Shown one piece after another: positions 51,195 to 64,000 of a DNA stretch of 64,000 nucleotides (position 1 is the stretch's first letter; each line of letters begins with the position of its first letter). Below the pieces are notes generated by a model, which was not told the origin of the DNA, did no database searches, and worked only from the letters and a program-made list of their open reading frames with translations. Where the stretch lies: the NCBI GenBank assembly GCA_951406725.2, contig OX597843.1:21018001-21082000 (forward strand), in the 5' to 3' direction. The stretch is from Octopus vulgaris. Taxonomy: Eukaryota. The position numbers were made by a program, and so were the translations under genes.

Positions 51195-51722
51195 AATTCC
51201 TGCAGATTACTCATAGTTCAACGAAGGTATTTTCTTTTTCGTTGATCTTTAGCTTCATACAAACATCCACTGGGCAGCTGATTTCCACAAGTGTACACAG
51301 TTTCTCTCTTCAATCCCAAATCACCATGTCAGGTCTATTATGTTTACATTACATTGGGATTTACCCTGGGACATTCCGGCAGCACTCCATGTTATTGGTA
51401 GCAGTTTTAGCTTGCACCATATTGTGGGATTATATTTCTTTATATTTGGAATTATCCTTCCGACGGATTTCATTATACAGTGTCCTAGCTACATCATGTC
51501 ACATCGGTAGATAATAACATGATGACAATTTCGGACCACTGCTTGTAATATGGGTGATATCTTCGGTGTTACCCCCACGTAATCTGCATCGGCTGTCACG
51601 CTTTACTGTTTTGCCTGCATCTTTGTCCCTTTTGTGCATCAGGTATTTGGTTGATATTTCCTGTTCCTGGATTGCAAACGGATACCCTTCAAATTAGGAG
51701 ATAGTAATCCGGTTGTTGGACC
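51195..51722 (-). pseudogene. RLE non-LTR fragment (duplicate of 6612-7130)
   Basis: DNA homology and the same HNRPDMVIWD / VEISCP motifs. Confidence 0.72.
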
Positions 51723-53410
51723 ATGTATATATGTATGTACGGATGAACCTACCTTTTATCTCTTCCCTGTTCTAGCCAGTAGACAGCGGCCATACTGGAG
51801 TATCACATTAAAGAGTATTACTCGAACAAATCGAACTCATTACTTATTTTTATAAAGTTTGCTACTTATTCTATCAGTCCCTTTTGCTGAAGCGTTAATT
51901 TGCAGAGACGCAAAGAGACCACCACCTTTGAGCTTGTGTTTGTCCCCTACCATCCCTTGACAATATATATGTATATATATCTAATACATCAAATCCGTTC
52001 TGTCTGTTTGTGCGCTTATAACTCGAGTATTTTTTATCCGATCGCACTGTAATTTTAAACATGGACACATGAGAGAGCAGGGCGTTCCGTAATCTAAAAA
52101 GATTTTCAAAATTGCTGGTTTCAAAATAAAAATCGCTATTTTTGTAATCTTTTCGTCCTGTTTTTCCGCCATTAAAAGCAACGAGCTTGTTCAGAGAGCC
52201 AGCACATACCATGTAGCTAGCAACACGTGTCGTACATGATGACAGTCAGCCAAAACCATCGCTATGCTGTCTCTCGTCATTCCTCTCTCTGTCTCTCTTA
52301 TGATGTCCGATTCCACTTGAAGTTGTATATATATTGTGTTAAGATTCGTTTTCAATCATTTATCCTTATGGAGAAGAAACAGACAAAAGTAACCACCACA
52401 TACAATAAAGAAACATCACCACTACTTTACACCGTCCAAGTTAACCCTCTTCACTTTTGCACATGGCATGAAAAACTACGCAAAAAAGAGAAAAGATCAA
52501 TTGCTATTAAAACAGGTAAGATTTTGGGGTTAATAACCTTAACCTTTAGTTACAGTTTCTCATTCAAACTACATAATGGGTAGGGTTTTTGAGGGAGATT
52601 TGGCTGCTATTTCACCTAGGTAAATTGTAGAGGTCTGCTTCATTGGCTCAAACATAAATATATACATACATATATACATAAAATCGAAATAAAATATTTA
52701 AAGCAACAGTCGTCAAATAGAAAAGCCAAGGTCCATGCAGTGTCATGGGCCAAAAAAATTTCCAACTTCTTGCCTAATGCGAGCCCAGAGCAATCTTTTA
52801 TCTCTTACACTATTTCAGTATTACGTGTCTATTGTAATATGAGATAATACTTTCAGTTTCAAAGAAGCCTGTCCTATATATATATATATATATATATATT
52901 CCATATGCATTCCAAAACCGAATTACAGATTTTGACGTATGGGGTTTCACATGTTGCAGATAAATTCCTCTATTTACATAATACTGAGGTCCCATTCATT
53001 CTTTTGTTGGTATACCGCTACAATTAATACATATATGTAAGAGAAGGGATATAATATCAAAGCAGATAGCGAATGGATAGGCTGGATCCTTCAGATGGTA
53101 GGTTTTACGCTGAATGTCCTTTAGGTCCCAACCGATGTAACAGTTTATTTTTTGGCAACGTAGATATACAGTCTAATAATGATAATAATGGGATTGAGTT
53201 TGTATATTCAAATTCTTAATTCTCTCTGTCTCTCTCTCACTCTTTCTTTCTTTCATTCTATCTTTCTTTCTTTCTCTCTTTCGCTTTCTCTCTCACTCTC
53301 TCTATACATATATACTTATAAATTGAAGATATTCTCATTAAAATGTTATTTGTTATAAACATTTATATATGTATATGTTAGGGTGTGTGTGTGTAAGTAC
53401 ATGTATATAT

Positions 53411-56080
53411 AAAGAAGAATTGGATGCTCATATCAAGGAAGCCTACAACGATCTGCACCGTAACCAGCCGCTGCCACCTCTACATGGGCTAAATCATCTC
53501 TCAGGACCTGATATCGAATTCCAGATTGGGGACATCAGGGAGAGAGAGGTGAATGACTTCGTAAGAAAAGCTAGAGCAAAGAGTGCCCCAGGATGTGATA
53601 GCGTCTCATATAAAGCCTACAAGTACTGCAATCTTCTGCGAAAGAAGCTCTTCGTCCTACTCCGAAAACTGTGGCGCGAGGGGACTATAGTAGAGGATTG
53701 GTGTAAGGCAGAATGTATATACCTGCCGAAAGAGGCCAATGCAAGACCATAACACAGTTTAGGCCGATATCCTTATTGAATGTGGAAGGCAAGATTTTTT
53801 GGGGAATTCCGTCGAGGAGAACAGTGACATATTTACATAGTAACGGATATGTTGATGAATCTGTTAAAAAGGCCGGAATCCCCGGGATCCCTGGATGCGT
53901 TGAACACTGTTTTTCGATTTGGAAAGCGATCCAGGACGCCAAACAGAACAAGAAAAGTCTGAACGTGGTAAGGCTCGACCTAGCTAACGCGTATGGTTCA
54001 GTGCCACACGAATTACTAATAACAGCCATGGACCACTTCCATATTCCTCACAAAGTGATCAAAATAATGAGGATGTACTATGACAGTTTCGAGGTTGGCA
54101 TTGCTGCTGGCTGTACAATATATGTCACATTGTTTATCTTGGTCATGGAGTTGGTTTTGAAAGGTGTAGATTTTCCGGTACAAATCGCCCATGTACAATC
54201 GCCTAAGAAAGCCTTCATGGATGACGTGTCATTTCTAGCTACAGATAAACAAATCATGCAGAATGCCCTCTTGAGATTAGACGAACTTGTAAGGTGGTCA
54301 AGGATGCGATTTAGAGCAAAAAAGTCGCGTAGTCTGACATTTGTTAAGGGAGTGCAGAAAGAATTTAAGTTCCAGATATCTGAAGAAAGCATTCCAACAG
54401 TCAAGGAAGAGCCCGTCAAGAGCTTGGGACGAGTATACGCTGGAACATTGTCAGACAGAAGTCATGGGATTGAAATTATGAAACAGGCCGAGGCTGGGTT
54501 AACAGCGATTGATAATTCGAAGTTACCAGGTAAATATAACATTTGGTGATTGCAGTTCGGCTTGTACCCGCGACATGCGTGGCCACTTTTAATATACGAA
54601 GTAGCATTGTCACGAGTTGAAAGCATTGAACAAAAATGTAATGTGTTCATTAGAAAGTGGCTAGTCCTACCTCGTATGTTGAACAACTCAGCTCTTTATC
54701 ATAAAAGAGGTTCGTTGCAGCTACCAATAGCATCAATAGTCGAACTATATAAGCTGGGGAAGATACGGACGGTCATGATGCTGAGAGCATCGAAGGATAT
54801 GGAAATCAGGCGTAACCCACCAGAGATGAACACAGCCAGGAAGTGGAAAGCAGAAGCAGAAACCGACGACATTTTGTCTTCTCTTATACACAGAGATATG
54901 GTGGGAGCAACGTAGAATCATCGGAAAGGACTTGGCGCAGATCAATTCAGACCGTTTGCAAGCATGATGCGGAGTGAACGCAGATCTGTTGTTAGCAACA
55001 GCGTCAAAACAAGAGAAGCAGAGAGAAGATATCTTCGTTTGATCCGATGTGTTCATCAAGGTCAGATGACGAGATGGGAAGAACATGCTGTTGAGAGGAA
55101 GATAAGTTGGGATGAGATGTGAAAGTGGACGACATATCGGCTGATTTTCCTGATTCGTTCATCTTATGATGTTTTGCCATCACCTACGAATCTAGTAAGA
55201 TGGAACGTCTTAGAAAATGACATCAGCAAATGTGGAAAGGTCGGTACACTAAAACATATTCTTTCGAACTGTTCATTAGCATTGAACAGGTACACATGGA
55301 GGCACAACTTGGTCCTTAAGGTTATCTTCAATGCTATAAAGTACCAAATTCATCTCAACAACACTGAGGAAAAACCGTTGAAAGTACCATCAAGAGATTT
55401 CATTACCTTCGTGCGACCAGGTCAGCGGATCCGTTTCAAAGAAGAAGATCAAGAAACTTCCTAAGAAAAATGAAAAGTGGAACGGCTATTGGGAGGTAAC
55501 AGCAGATTTACCTGGGTGCCAGGATTTCTTTCCCATCCCAGTTTCGAAAAAAACATATATTTTGATGTGGTGTGAAAGAAAGAAAGTTGTAAATATAGTC
55601 GAGCTAACGGTTCCTCATGAAGATAATATGAACGCCGCTCAGGCTCGAAAATTGAACCGTTATGAAAACCTCCTCGAGGAATGTGGAGACGCAGGCTGGA
55701 AAGCGGAACATTTTCCTATCGAAGTCGGATGTAGAGGGTTTGTTGGATACAGCGTGAGACGACTGTTGTTATCGCTAGGCCTAACTCATCGTAAAGTCAA
55801 TACCACCATGACTGATATCCAATCTACAGTGGAGAAGGCTAGCCACTGGATTAGGTTAACAAGAGACGATGAGCGATGGCTAGAAGTATATTGAGTTTAA
55901 CTTCATAACCAGCTGATCTAGCAAGCGGGGCCTCATATCAGTGAGGGGGGCCGGTGCGCATTGATGCCGTCGAGAGTTAGGCCCCGAAACGGCGCGCATT
56001 CTCTCCTGATGACCCATACACTTGCTAGCTTCCGGTATACGGAGCTTTTAACTGGTAGCACGAGCATGTGCAAGTTGTTT
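53411..56080 (+). mobile_element. Hero-clade non-LTR retrotransposon (duplicate of 8772-11420)
   Basis: QFRPISLLNVEGK, GIPGCVEH, KAFMDDV, RYTWRHN, VELTVPHE, IEVGCRGF. Confidence 0.9.
55918..56028 (+). ncRNA. Second copy of the permuted hammerhead-like Hero 3' UTR motif
   Basis: gtgcgc..gccGTCgagag..ggccccGAAAcggcgcgcattctctcCTGATGA. Confidence 0.4.
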
Positions 56081-58632
56081 GCAAGACATATATATATTCA
56101 AATAAATTCTCTCTCTCTGATCCACAGATCCAGTTCACAGATCCTTGATGATCCTACTAATGGACAGTAAAGACACACGAAACCTAGAAGAAAACCTCTA
56201 TGAATAAATTATGTAAATGTCCCGCCCTGTGATTTTTATTTGTTCCTCAAGATGAAGGAGTTGAAGGGGACTGTAACAGGGGTCCTGGAGACACTCTCTT
56301 TCAGATGAGATTTCAGCTTAGGTCTGTAGATTATTTTTCGAAAGCTGCACCGTGAGAGGTTCCACAGTTTAATGTGCCTCTTGGTTATCCAAACGATAAT
56401 CGATGCGAGATGAAGAACTGATTTTAATATAAGTCATTTACGCAATTCGGTAGCTTAATAACACCTACGTTTGATAGGTCCGAAGACGTCAGTAGTAATA
56501 CTGTTTGGAAACATGGCGGTTCTGTCCACTGACATGACAGAGGTTCCTCTGTCAAGCATCATGTCTATGTTACCGTTGGTGAATGAATGAGGTTCAAACG
56601 AAGACTACGCCTGTCATATTGTTTCCTATGCCTTCAACTCTATGCGTAAATTGAATGAAGTATGGGTGCTATGCCTTGCCAAAGTGCAATCCGTGTTTTG
56701 TCCAGTGCAATGTTTTATCCATATTAAGCATACCCAAACCCAAACCCTAACCCTATATTTAGAGGCTGTTACCCATTCTATCGCGGACAGTATACTCATA
56801 TACAACAACAAGCTATAGAAGAGTACCTCTCTATTAAATAATTTTGCTGAATTCAAATGTGGAATCCATTTTTAGGATTACGTCTAGATTTCAAGATACC
56901 CAAACCCTCAATTTTCACTATTTTCCTCATTTTTCAGGGAAATATATTGGGAAATGTAGTACGAATGTCTATTATGGTTTATCGATTATTTTATTAAAGG
57001 TCTGGTGTAAACGTCGGGTAATGAAATAATGGCCGCAGCGAGCATTAGTCCCAGGGTATTTTAATGTGAATGAACAGACTTTAGTTCAGCCGGAGAAAAT
57101 CATCCAACATCCATGTCTTATCAAGGCAGATTGCAATTAAATACGATGCTAGGCTATTGAGGTTCAGCACTAAAGAAAACCATTCAAACACAAATTCATG
57201 AAAAAATAGGCATGAACAATAATGTAAACTGTCTGTAGAAATTTAGAGATATTTGCTAGCTTTTCAATAGAAGTTAAAAAAATCCTAGCTTTGAAGACAA
57301 TGCAATTTCTATGTATATTAGTACGTTCTTCATAAGCTGGTTTATTCGAAAACAAAACAAAGACATTCTCTGGATCCAGTATATTACAATTCCGATGTGA
57401 TCGTATTAAATTGATGTCCTTTTCGGATTCTGTGTCTCAAAAGACTCCCAGTTCATCTCCAGTTCTTTCCTTCGCCTGACGATATTTCCAAATTATTGTC
57501 TTGAATAAAGTTCAAATTGTTTATACACCAAGAACGGGGATTTATATTTTCATACCGTTGAATTCTGACAGATTTCATATTTTCTTTCGAATAGGAGTAA
57601 AGCAGGCTTGAAACCGATTCACAGGATGACCAAGTCTAGAGGGAAGGAGAAAAGATGGTATTCTTCAACTGAAGAATGTTTAAGACAATATGGACTTCAC
57701 CAAAGGCACTTAAAATTACTAGGTGGTGGTTTTGAACAGAGATGTGTTTTAAGACTACCATTGAAATAGGCCATTAGAGACAGAGAAAGGATACAGCATA
57801 GAAATGGACATGGTGTTGAAACACGGCCATTTGTGATGTGCTGAAAATTAGGCAAGTGTCCCTCACAATGTTACTTGAAATATTAACCTTCGCTGAGCAT
57901 TATTAGCAGCGAAGATCTTTCTTGGCGAAAGTAGATCCTTTGCATAGCTAGTACGGTATTTTAAAGTCCAATCCTTCTCTTTGCAGCCAAAACTTCAGAC
58001 CATTTACAATGCTCAAGTGAAGCACACAATGAAGAAATTTTTCTTCAACCCCTTCATCATTCCTGTAAATGTTGGACTGTAGCAGCTTAAACGGAACGTT
58101 CATGGTATCTATCTCAGATTTCATTCAATTCGCGCTTAAATTATGAAAGATGAAAATACCTAACTTATTAAACGGAACATTGACTTTGCTATTTCACATC
58201 TTCAGATTTACGAGGTTTAAAGAATAACATTAACAAAACATTGCTATTTGCCTTACATTAGGATTTCTCAAATGGTTAAAACGTTCCAAATATGTTGACA
58301 AATGGGACTGATCGAATGAATCGATGCAGTTTAGTATTTGAATATTTGATTATAACTTGAAGTGATTAATGCTGTGATGCGAAGAGCGAGAGAAAAGATG
58401 GAGTAGAGGGAAAAAGCGGGTAAGGTGAAGAGCGAGAGAAAAACAGACAGAGAGAAAAGGAGGGAGAGAAAAATAGGGTAAGAGAAGCGTCTATGACGTG
58501 TGGTAGGGGGAACGTAATAGTTATTACGTGGTTAAAAATGTTAGTTGAAGGTAGTGATATAGAGGAGAGTGAGAAACAGAATTGTAGCAGAGGATCGATG
58601 TTCTGATGGTGAGATTAAAGATAGGCAGAGAA

Positions 58633-58681
<49 letters not shown>

Positions 58682-59042
58682 AAGAGAGAGAGAGATGATG
58701 ATGATGAATGTGTTGGTGGTGTTAGTGGTGGTGGAGGTGGTGGAGGTTGCGTTGGTGAGTGTATGCGAAGAGTGTAATGTTTGTAATTGATATATTTTTT
58801 TAATACCACCTATTACTTAAAGCATGCGCATAAGTGCAGTCGTCTGCTCGCTTGAAAAATGTTATTTGTTTATAAAGCAAAGATGAGAGACGATGTAAGC
58901 GAACAACAGAAAGAATGAAACCAAATGGGAAATGGCACCAAGAGAAGCAGAGGGTCTTATCCAGAAGGACTGAAGGTGTTTTAAAACGACAATTATGTAG
59001 AATATACAGAGAAGAGAAGAGACATATACTCTTTTACACATT

Positions 59043-59051
<9 letters not shown>

Positions 59052-59100
<49 letters not shown>

Positions 59101-59185
59101 TGTGTGTTTGTGTGTGTTTGTGTTTGTGTGTGTGTGTTTGTGTGTGTGTGTGTTTGTGTGTGTGTGTTTGTGTGTCTGTGTGTGT
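59052..59185. repeat. (TG)n microsatellite
   Basis: Directly visible. Confidence 0.97.
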
Positions 59186-59940
59186 CTCCCCAACATCGCC
59201 TGACAACCAATGCTGGTGTGTGTACGTTCATGTAACTTGGCGGTTCGGCAAAAGAAACCGATAGAATAAGTACTAGGCTTACAAAGAATAAGTCCTGGGG
59301 TCGATTTGATAGATGTTTCTTTATATCTCTCCCCTTAATGTCACTCTCTTTAAAAAATTGTTCAGCGTGTCCAATCTCAGCAAAATCAGAAGAAAATTGT
59401 TAAGGTTATATCATAAAACAGAATCCATGTGACCATTTACACGAAAATATCCCATTGACATTTAAATCTCAGTACATTATATGAATAACAGATGTTCAGA
59501 ATAAGTTCATTATTTTATTGTGAATGATTTGAAGATTTCCGCCTATCACTAGTTTAATTTTAAATTCTTCTACATGTCTCCGACATTAAACTTTACCTAA
59601 AAGTGAAAGTTCATCAAAATCGGTTGAATTCTGTAAAAGCTACTGTATAAAATAATAATCCTATGGGTGATTGCATGCAAAAAGTCTATTGATTTCTTAA
59701 AATCTCCCGCCCACGCGCAGATATCGATTCTTTGTCAACTCTTCATGCTGGCATCAACTGATACACATGAACTATAATCACGTATAAAATTTCTACAAAA
59801 TCGATAAGAATGTGTCTAAGAAAATTATTATTTGCATTTATACCTATTTCAAGCCATTCTGAATTAAATAAATACCTTCACCCTCTCCCCACCAAACATT
59901 TACCTACACTTCATATTTCAATAAATTCGGATAATAATAA

Positions 59941-62800
59941 GTTGCTGACCCGCCACAGGCCGCCTGCTTCATTGGGTGCTTGGAGCTAAGAGTTTGACTT
60001 GAAAAACGGCCTGCAACCTCTGCACCAGGCAAACAACTAAAAGACAAGGAACCACCAATCCTGCGGTTAGCAAGCTTGAATGTCAGGACCATGTGCCCTG
60101 GCATATCTGATGATCTACTCAGGGTTGAAGACACAAGAAAGACAGCCATCATTGACCGTGGGATAAAGAGGCTTAACACAGACACTGCTGGGCTGCAAGA
60201 GACAAGACTTCCCTCAAACGGCAAACTCGAAGAACAGGATTTCACCTTCTTTTGGCAGGGAAGCGATCTAGAAGAACCTCGTCCGCATGGCGTTGGCTTT
60301 GCAGTGAGAAACTCATTACTCTCCTCAATAGAGCCCCCATCAGGAGACACTGAGCGTTTCCTCTCACTGCGCCTCTCGACTTCTTCTGGTTCAGTACATC
60401 TACTGAGCATCTATGCTTCCACTCTCTATAGCCCAGAGGAGACCAAGGACCAGTTCTACGAAGATCTCAACTGTGTCATTTAAAATTTACCAACAAATGA
60501 AAACATCTACCTTCTAGGAGATTCGTGGCAAATTTGTGTTGGACACCCTGATATTGGCAAAATGAATGACAATGGTGAGAGACTACTTGAAATTTGCACA
60601 TACCATAACCTGTGCATCACCAACACATTCTTTGCCAACAAGACATCACACAAGGCATCTTGGAGAAATCCAAGATCTCACCACAGGCATCAGATGGATC
60701 TCATCATTACACGAAGATCCTTTATGAATTCTGTTCACCTGACCCGTATTTACCACACAAATCACTCACTAATTGGAAGCATGGTGAGGATCCTGCCTAA
60801 AAAAGTCCATCACTTCAAGAAAATGGGCCGACCACGCATTAACACTGCCAGAAACCCCGACCCTACACTGCGACAATGTTTTGCTATTTCTATCAAAGTT
60901 GCCCTCAGTAGCTGCCCAACCTCCTCTGCTGAAAGTAGGTGGAATTATATTAGGGAATCTTTGAATACCATATCAATAGATACTTTCGGCATGAGAGAAA
61001 GTCAAAACCCAGATTTTGTTCAGTGCTGGGCTCTCAGAGCTGGAACCAGTTATCAAAGCAAAGCGTGCAGCTCTGATGCAATACAAGAGTGATTCTTCTA
61101 CAAAATCACTAGAATAAATCTGAAAGGCAAAAAATATAACCCAACTGACAGCCAGACACTGTGCAAAGAGGTATTTGGCAGGTAATCTGTCAGAGTATCC
61201 AGTCAGCTGCCGACAATGGCGACAACCGTGGGGTGTATGCCGGTTTGAAGAAGGACCCTTGGTCCATCCGCAACCAAGTCAGCCCCTCTGAAATCAACTA
61301 CTGGAGATCTCATCAAAGACCAAAGCAAGAAAATGGATTGATGGGTGGAGTACTACCAGGATCTCTACTCACGGGAGACCACGGTAGCTGAGGCTGCAAT
61401 CGAGAGTGTCAAGATCTTGCCAGTCATGTGAGAACTTCACAGTCCACCATCTATAGCAGAGCTCACCAAGGCTATTGACTCCCTAGCAAGTAACAAGGCT
61501 CCGGGAAAAGACGGCATCCACTCAGAGATAATCAAAGCCGGCAAAAACACCATCCTGCTTCGGCACCATCATGAGCTTCAGTGTCAGTGCTGGGAAGAGG
61601 GTACAGTTCCTCAAGATATGCGGGATGCTAACATCATTACGCTTTACAAAAACAAAGGTGACTGTAGTGATTGTAACAATTATCGTGGAATATCTCTTCC
61701 ACGCACTGTTGGAAAGACCTTTGCTCACGTTTTCCTGCCCAGGGTACAACTGCTTGCTTCTCGAATTCATCCGAAATTGCTGTGTGGCTTTAGAAGGAGC
61801 AGATCAACTATTGACATGATATTCTCCATACGCCAACTTCAGGAGAAGTCCAGAGAGCAGGAAATGCCATTACATATGGCCTTCATTGGTAAGTAGAAAA
61901 GGCCTCTTCATCCTGCTCCAAAAATCGGATGTCCACCAAAGCTGCTGAGGATCATGAAATCTTTCCATGACGATATGCAAGGCACCATACAGCACAATGG
62001 TTCAACAACAGCCGCCTTCCAAATAAAAAACGGAGTAAAGCAAGGTTGTGTCCTTGTTCCTACATTATTTGGCATCTTCTTCTCGCTGCTGCTCTCACAT
62101 GCCTTTCAGACATCAGATGATGGAGTGTTTCTGCAGAGTAGAAGTGAAATGCTATTTGCTGATGATGCCGCTCTGGTATCACACACAGTAGAAGCCCTAC
62201 AAAGGCTCATCAGCTGTTGTGAGCAGGCATGTAACGATTTTGGCTTAGCTATCAGCCTCAAGAAGACCAACATCATGGGTCGGGCTATACCGGACATCCC
62301 AAACATACATATTGGAGACCACAGATTACAGGAGGTGGAGAGGTTTACCTATCTTGGCTCTACCGTCACCTACAACCTATCCCTTGATGTTGAGCTCAAT
62401 ATACGCATTGGCAAAGCATCTGCTGTGATGGCCCAACTCTCGGAACGAGCATGGGACAACATTAAGCTGACCAAGAACACAAAAATGAAGATTTATCAGG
62501 CATGTGTACTGAGCACTCTACTGTATGGAAGTGAGACTTGGACGCCATTCACACGCCAAGAGCGTCGCCTAAATATCTTTCACCTGCGCTGCCTCTGGAA
62601 AAGCCTTCGCATCAAATAGCAGAATCATGTCCCCAACAAAGATGTCCTCAAGCAAGCAGGAATACCAAGCATGTTTGCACTCCTCACACAAAGACGTATG
62701 AGATGGCTTGGGCATGTTAGCCGTATGAAAGATGGCAGAATCCCCAAGGACATACTCTACGGAGAGCTTGCTAGGGGCACTAGGTCTGTGGGAAGACTGC
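59941..62800 (+). mobile_element. RTE-clade LINE (APE endonuclease plus RT), degenerate, 3' end interrupted
   Basis: NVRTM, GLQETRL, HGVGFAV, KDQFYEDL, NDNGERLL, TNTFF; KNKGD.SDCNNYRGISL, GVKQGCVL.PTLF, LFADDAALV, FTYLGS, LLYGSETW, RWLGHV.RM.DGRIPK. Confidence 0.92.
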
Positions 62801-62809
62801 ACTATATGG

Positions 62810-63930
62810 AAAAGCCGTGCTGCAATTACCAATAACTTCAATCGCCGAAGAATATAAAGCAGGAAAGGCAAGGACAGTAATGATGCTAAGGTATTCAAAA
62901 GATCAGAGCATCCGGGAAAATCTTTCAAAGGTACGATCAGGGAGGAAATGGAAGGCGGAAGAGGCAGTAAACAGGGTGATAGAAAAACTAAAGCACGCAG
63001 ATATAGTCGGAGCGACGCAAGAAGCTACAACCGGCCTAGGGTCGCAAAATTTCAGGCCATTTTGCAAGAGCAGTGTAAAAGAGATGAAAGAGGCATTGGT
63101 ATACGAAGTGAGAAAGGAGGAAGAAGAAAGGCGAAATGTACATTTTGTGCGATGCAGTTGAAATGGACAATGCCTGAGATGGCAGGAATATGTGATGAAC
63201 CGCAGAATATCATGGAAGGAACTTTAGGCTTGGGAACAAGCAAGAACATCCTTCCTGATCACCGGCGAACTTAGTCCGGTGGAACATAAACAAAACCGAT
63301 GAGTGCAGATGCGGAGAGAAAGCGACGGTTAGACATGTTCTGTCAAGTTGCAGACTAGCACTTGATTTAGTTCTATGGAACAGAGACCGGAGAATGGGAA
63401 TTTTACTAGAACTGACAGTACCATAGGCAATGAAACTAAAGGAGAAGAGGTACGAAAAGCTAATAGAAGAATGCAGAGAACAGGGATGGAATGTCGAATA
63501 TTATCACCTGGCAGTTGGGGATAGAGGCTTCATTGAAAAGAAAATGACAACGCTTTTCAAAATAAGATTTGTTTTCTCTAGCCCCGAGCTGCGTAAACTA
63601 ATAAGGAGAGTACAGGAGGCGGTCGAGAAAGCCAGCTTCTATATATGGCTGAAGCGGGAAGACCGAAAATGGCATGAAAGTCATAAACACGCCGACGGGA
63701 AATAACATCATTAGGTGAGACAAGCTGACTGACAGGTGACGGTCGTTTAGAAAAAGCGCGGGCTAAAACTACTAGCCTTCACTAGTCAGTTAAGGTGGAC
63801 AGTGTCACGTGACAACTTGCTGGGGCTTACAGCCGGAGCCTGCCGGTAGGCATTTGGGATGTAAGATTTGACAAGTCATTCAGTCACCGACTGACACTCA
63901 CTGACGATACATCGAAGAGGCCAGGGAACA
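62810..63930 (+). mobile_element. 5'-truncated Hero-clade element, different subfamily
   Basis: LQLPITSIAEEYKAGKARTVMMLR, SGRKWKAEEAV, LELTVP, GW..VGDRGF, EKASFYIWLKR; protein-level similarity to 9792-11241. Confidence 0.85.
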
Positions 63931-64000
63931 GAAGAAAGAAGAAGAAAGAAGACACATACCCAGCACCAGAGCTGGAGACACCTCCGAAAGTGGGGGGGGA

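Larger units (their letters stand above)
44403..59935 (+). repeat. Segmental duplication, copy B
   Basis: Co-linear with 1-16220, with copy-specific indels; ends where the RTE element begins. Confidence 0.95.

Noticed and set aside
59941-59995. HDV-like ribozyme at the RTE 5' end (gctaa resembles J4/2)
   Set aside because: Could not identify the P1/P2/P3 pairings; the 5' end may be truncated.

Overview
AT-rich, microsatellite-dense eukaryotic DNA. The SINE and repeat landscape suggests an octopus/cephalopod genome, which is an inference. I found no intact host gene; the window is a nest of decayed transposons. These include several Helitron Rep/PIF1-helicase remnants (one with both termini, 17056-21826), a Gypsy LTR element inserted into a Helitron with a recoverable target-site duplication (TSD), and non-LTR elements of the Hero (x3), Dong/R4, Tx1/L1 and RTE types. 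There is also a mariner relic, tRNA-derived SINEs and an ORF1-like CCHC element. Positions 1-~16.2 kb recur at 44.4-59.9 kb as a diverged segmental duplication. The most notable signal is non-coding. Seven type I hammerhead ribozyme (HHR) motifs from four unrelated repeat families lie between 22 and 35.5 kb. Three of them sit in a 475-bp tandem-plus-inverted array resembling a retrozyme or Penelope pseudo-LTR (pLTR). The Hero 3' UTRs also carry all hammerhead core motifs in a non-canonical, pseudoknotted order. All structures and coordinates were read by eye; element boundaries are approximate and no ribozyme activity is demonstrated.
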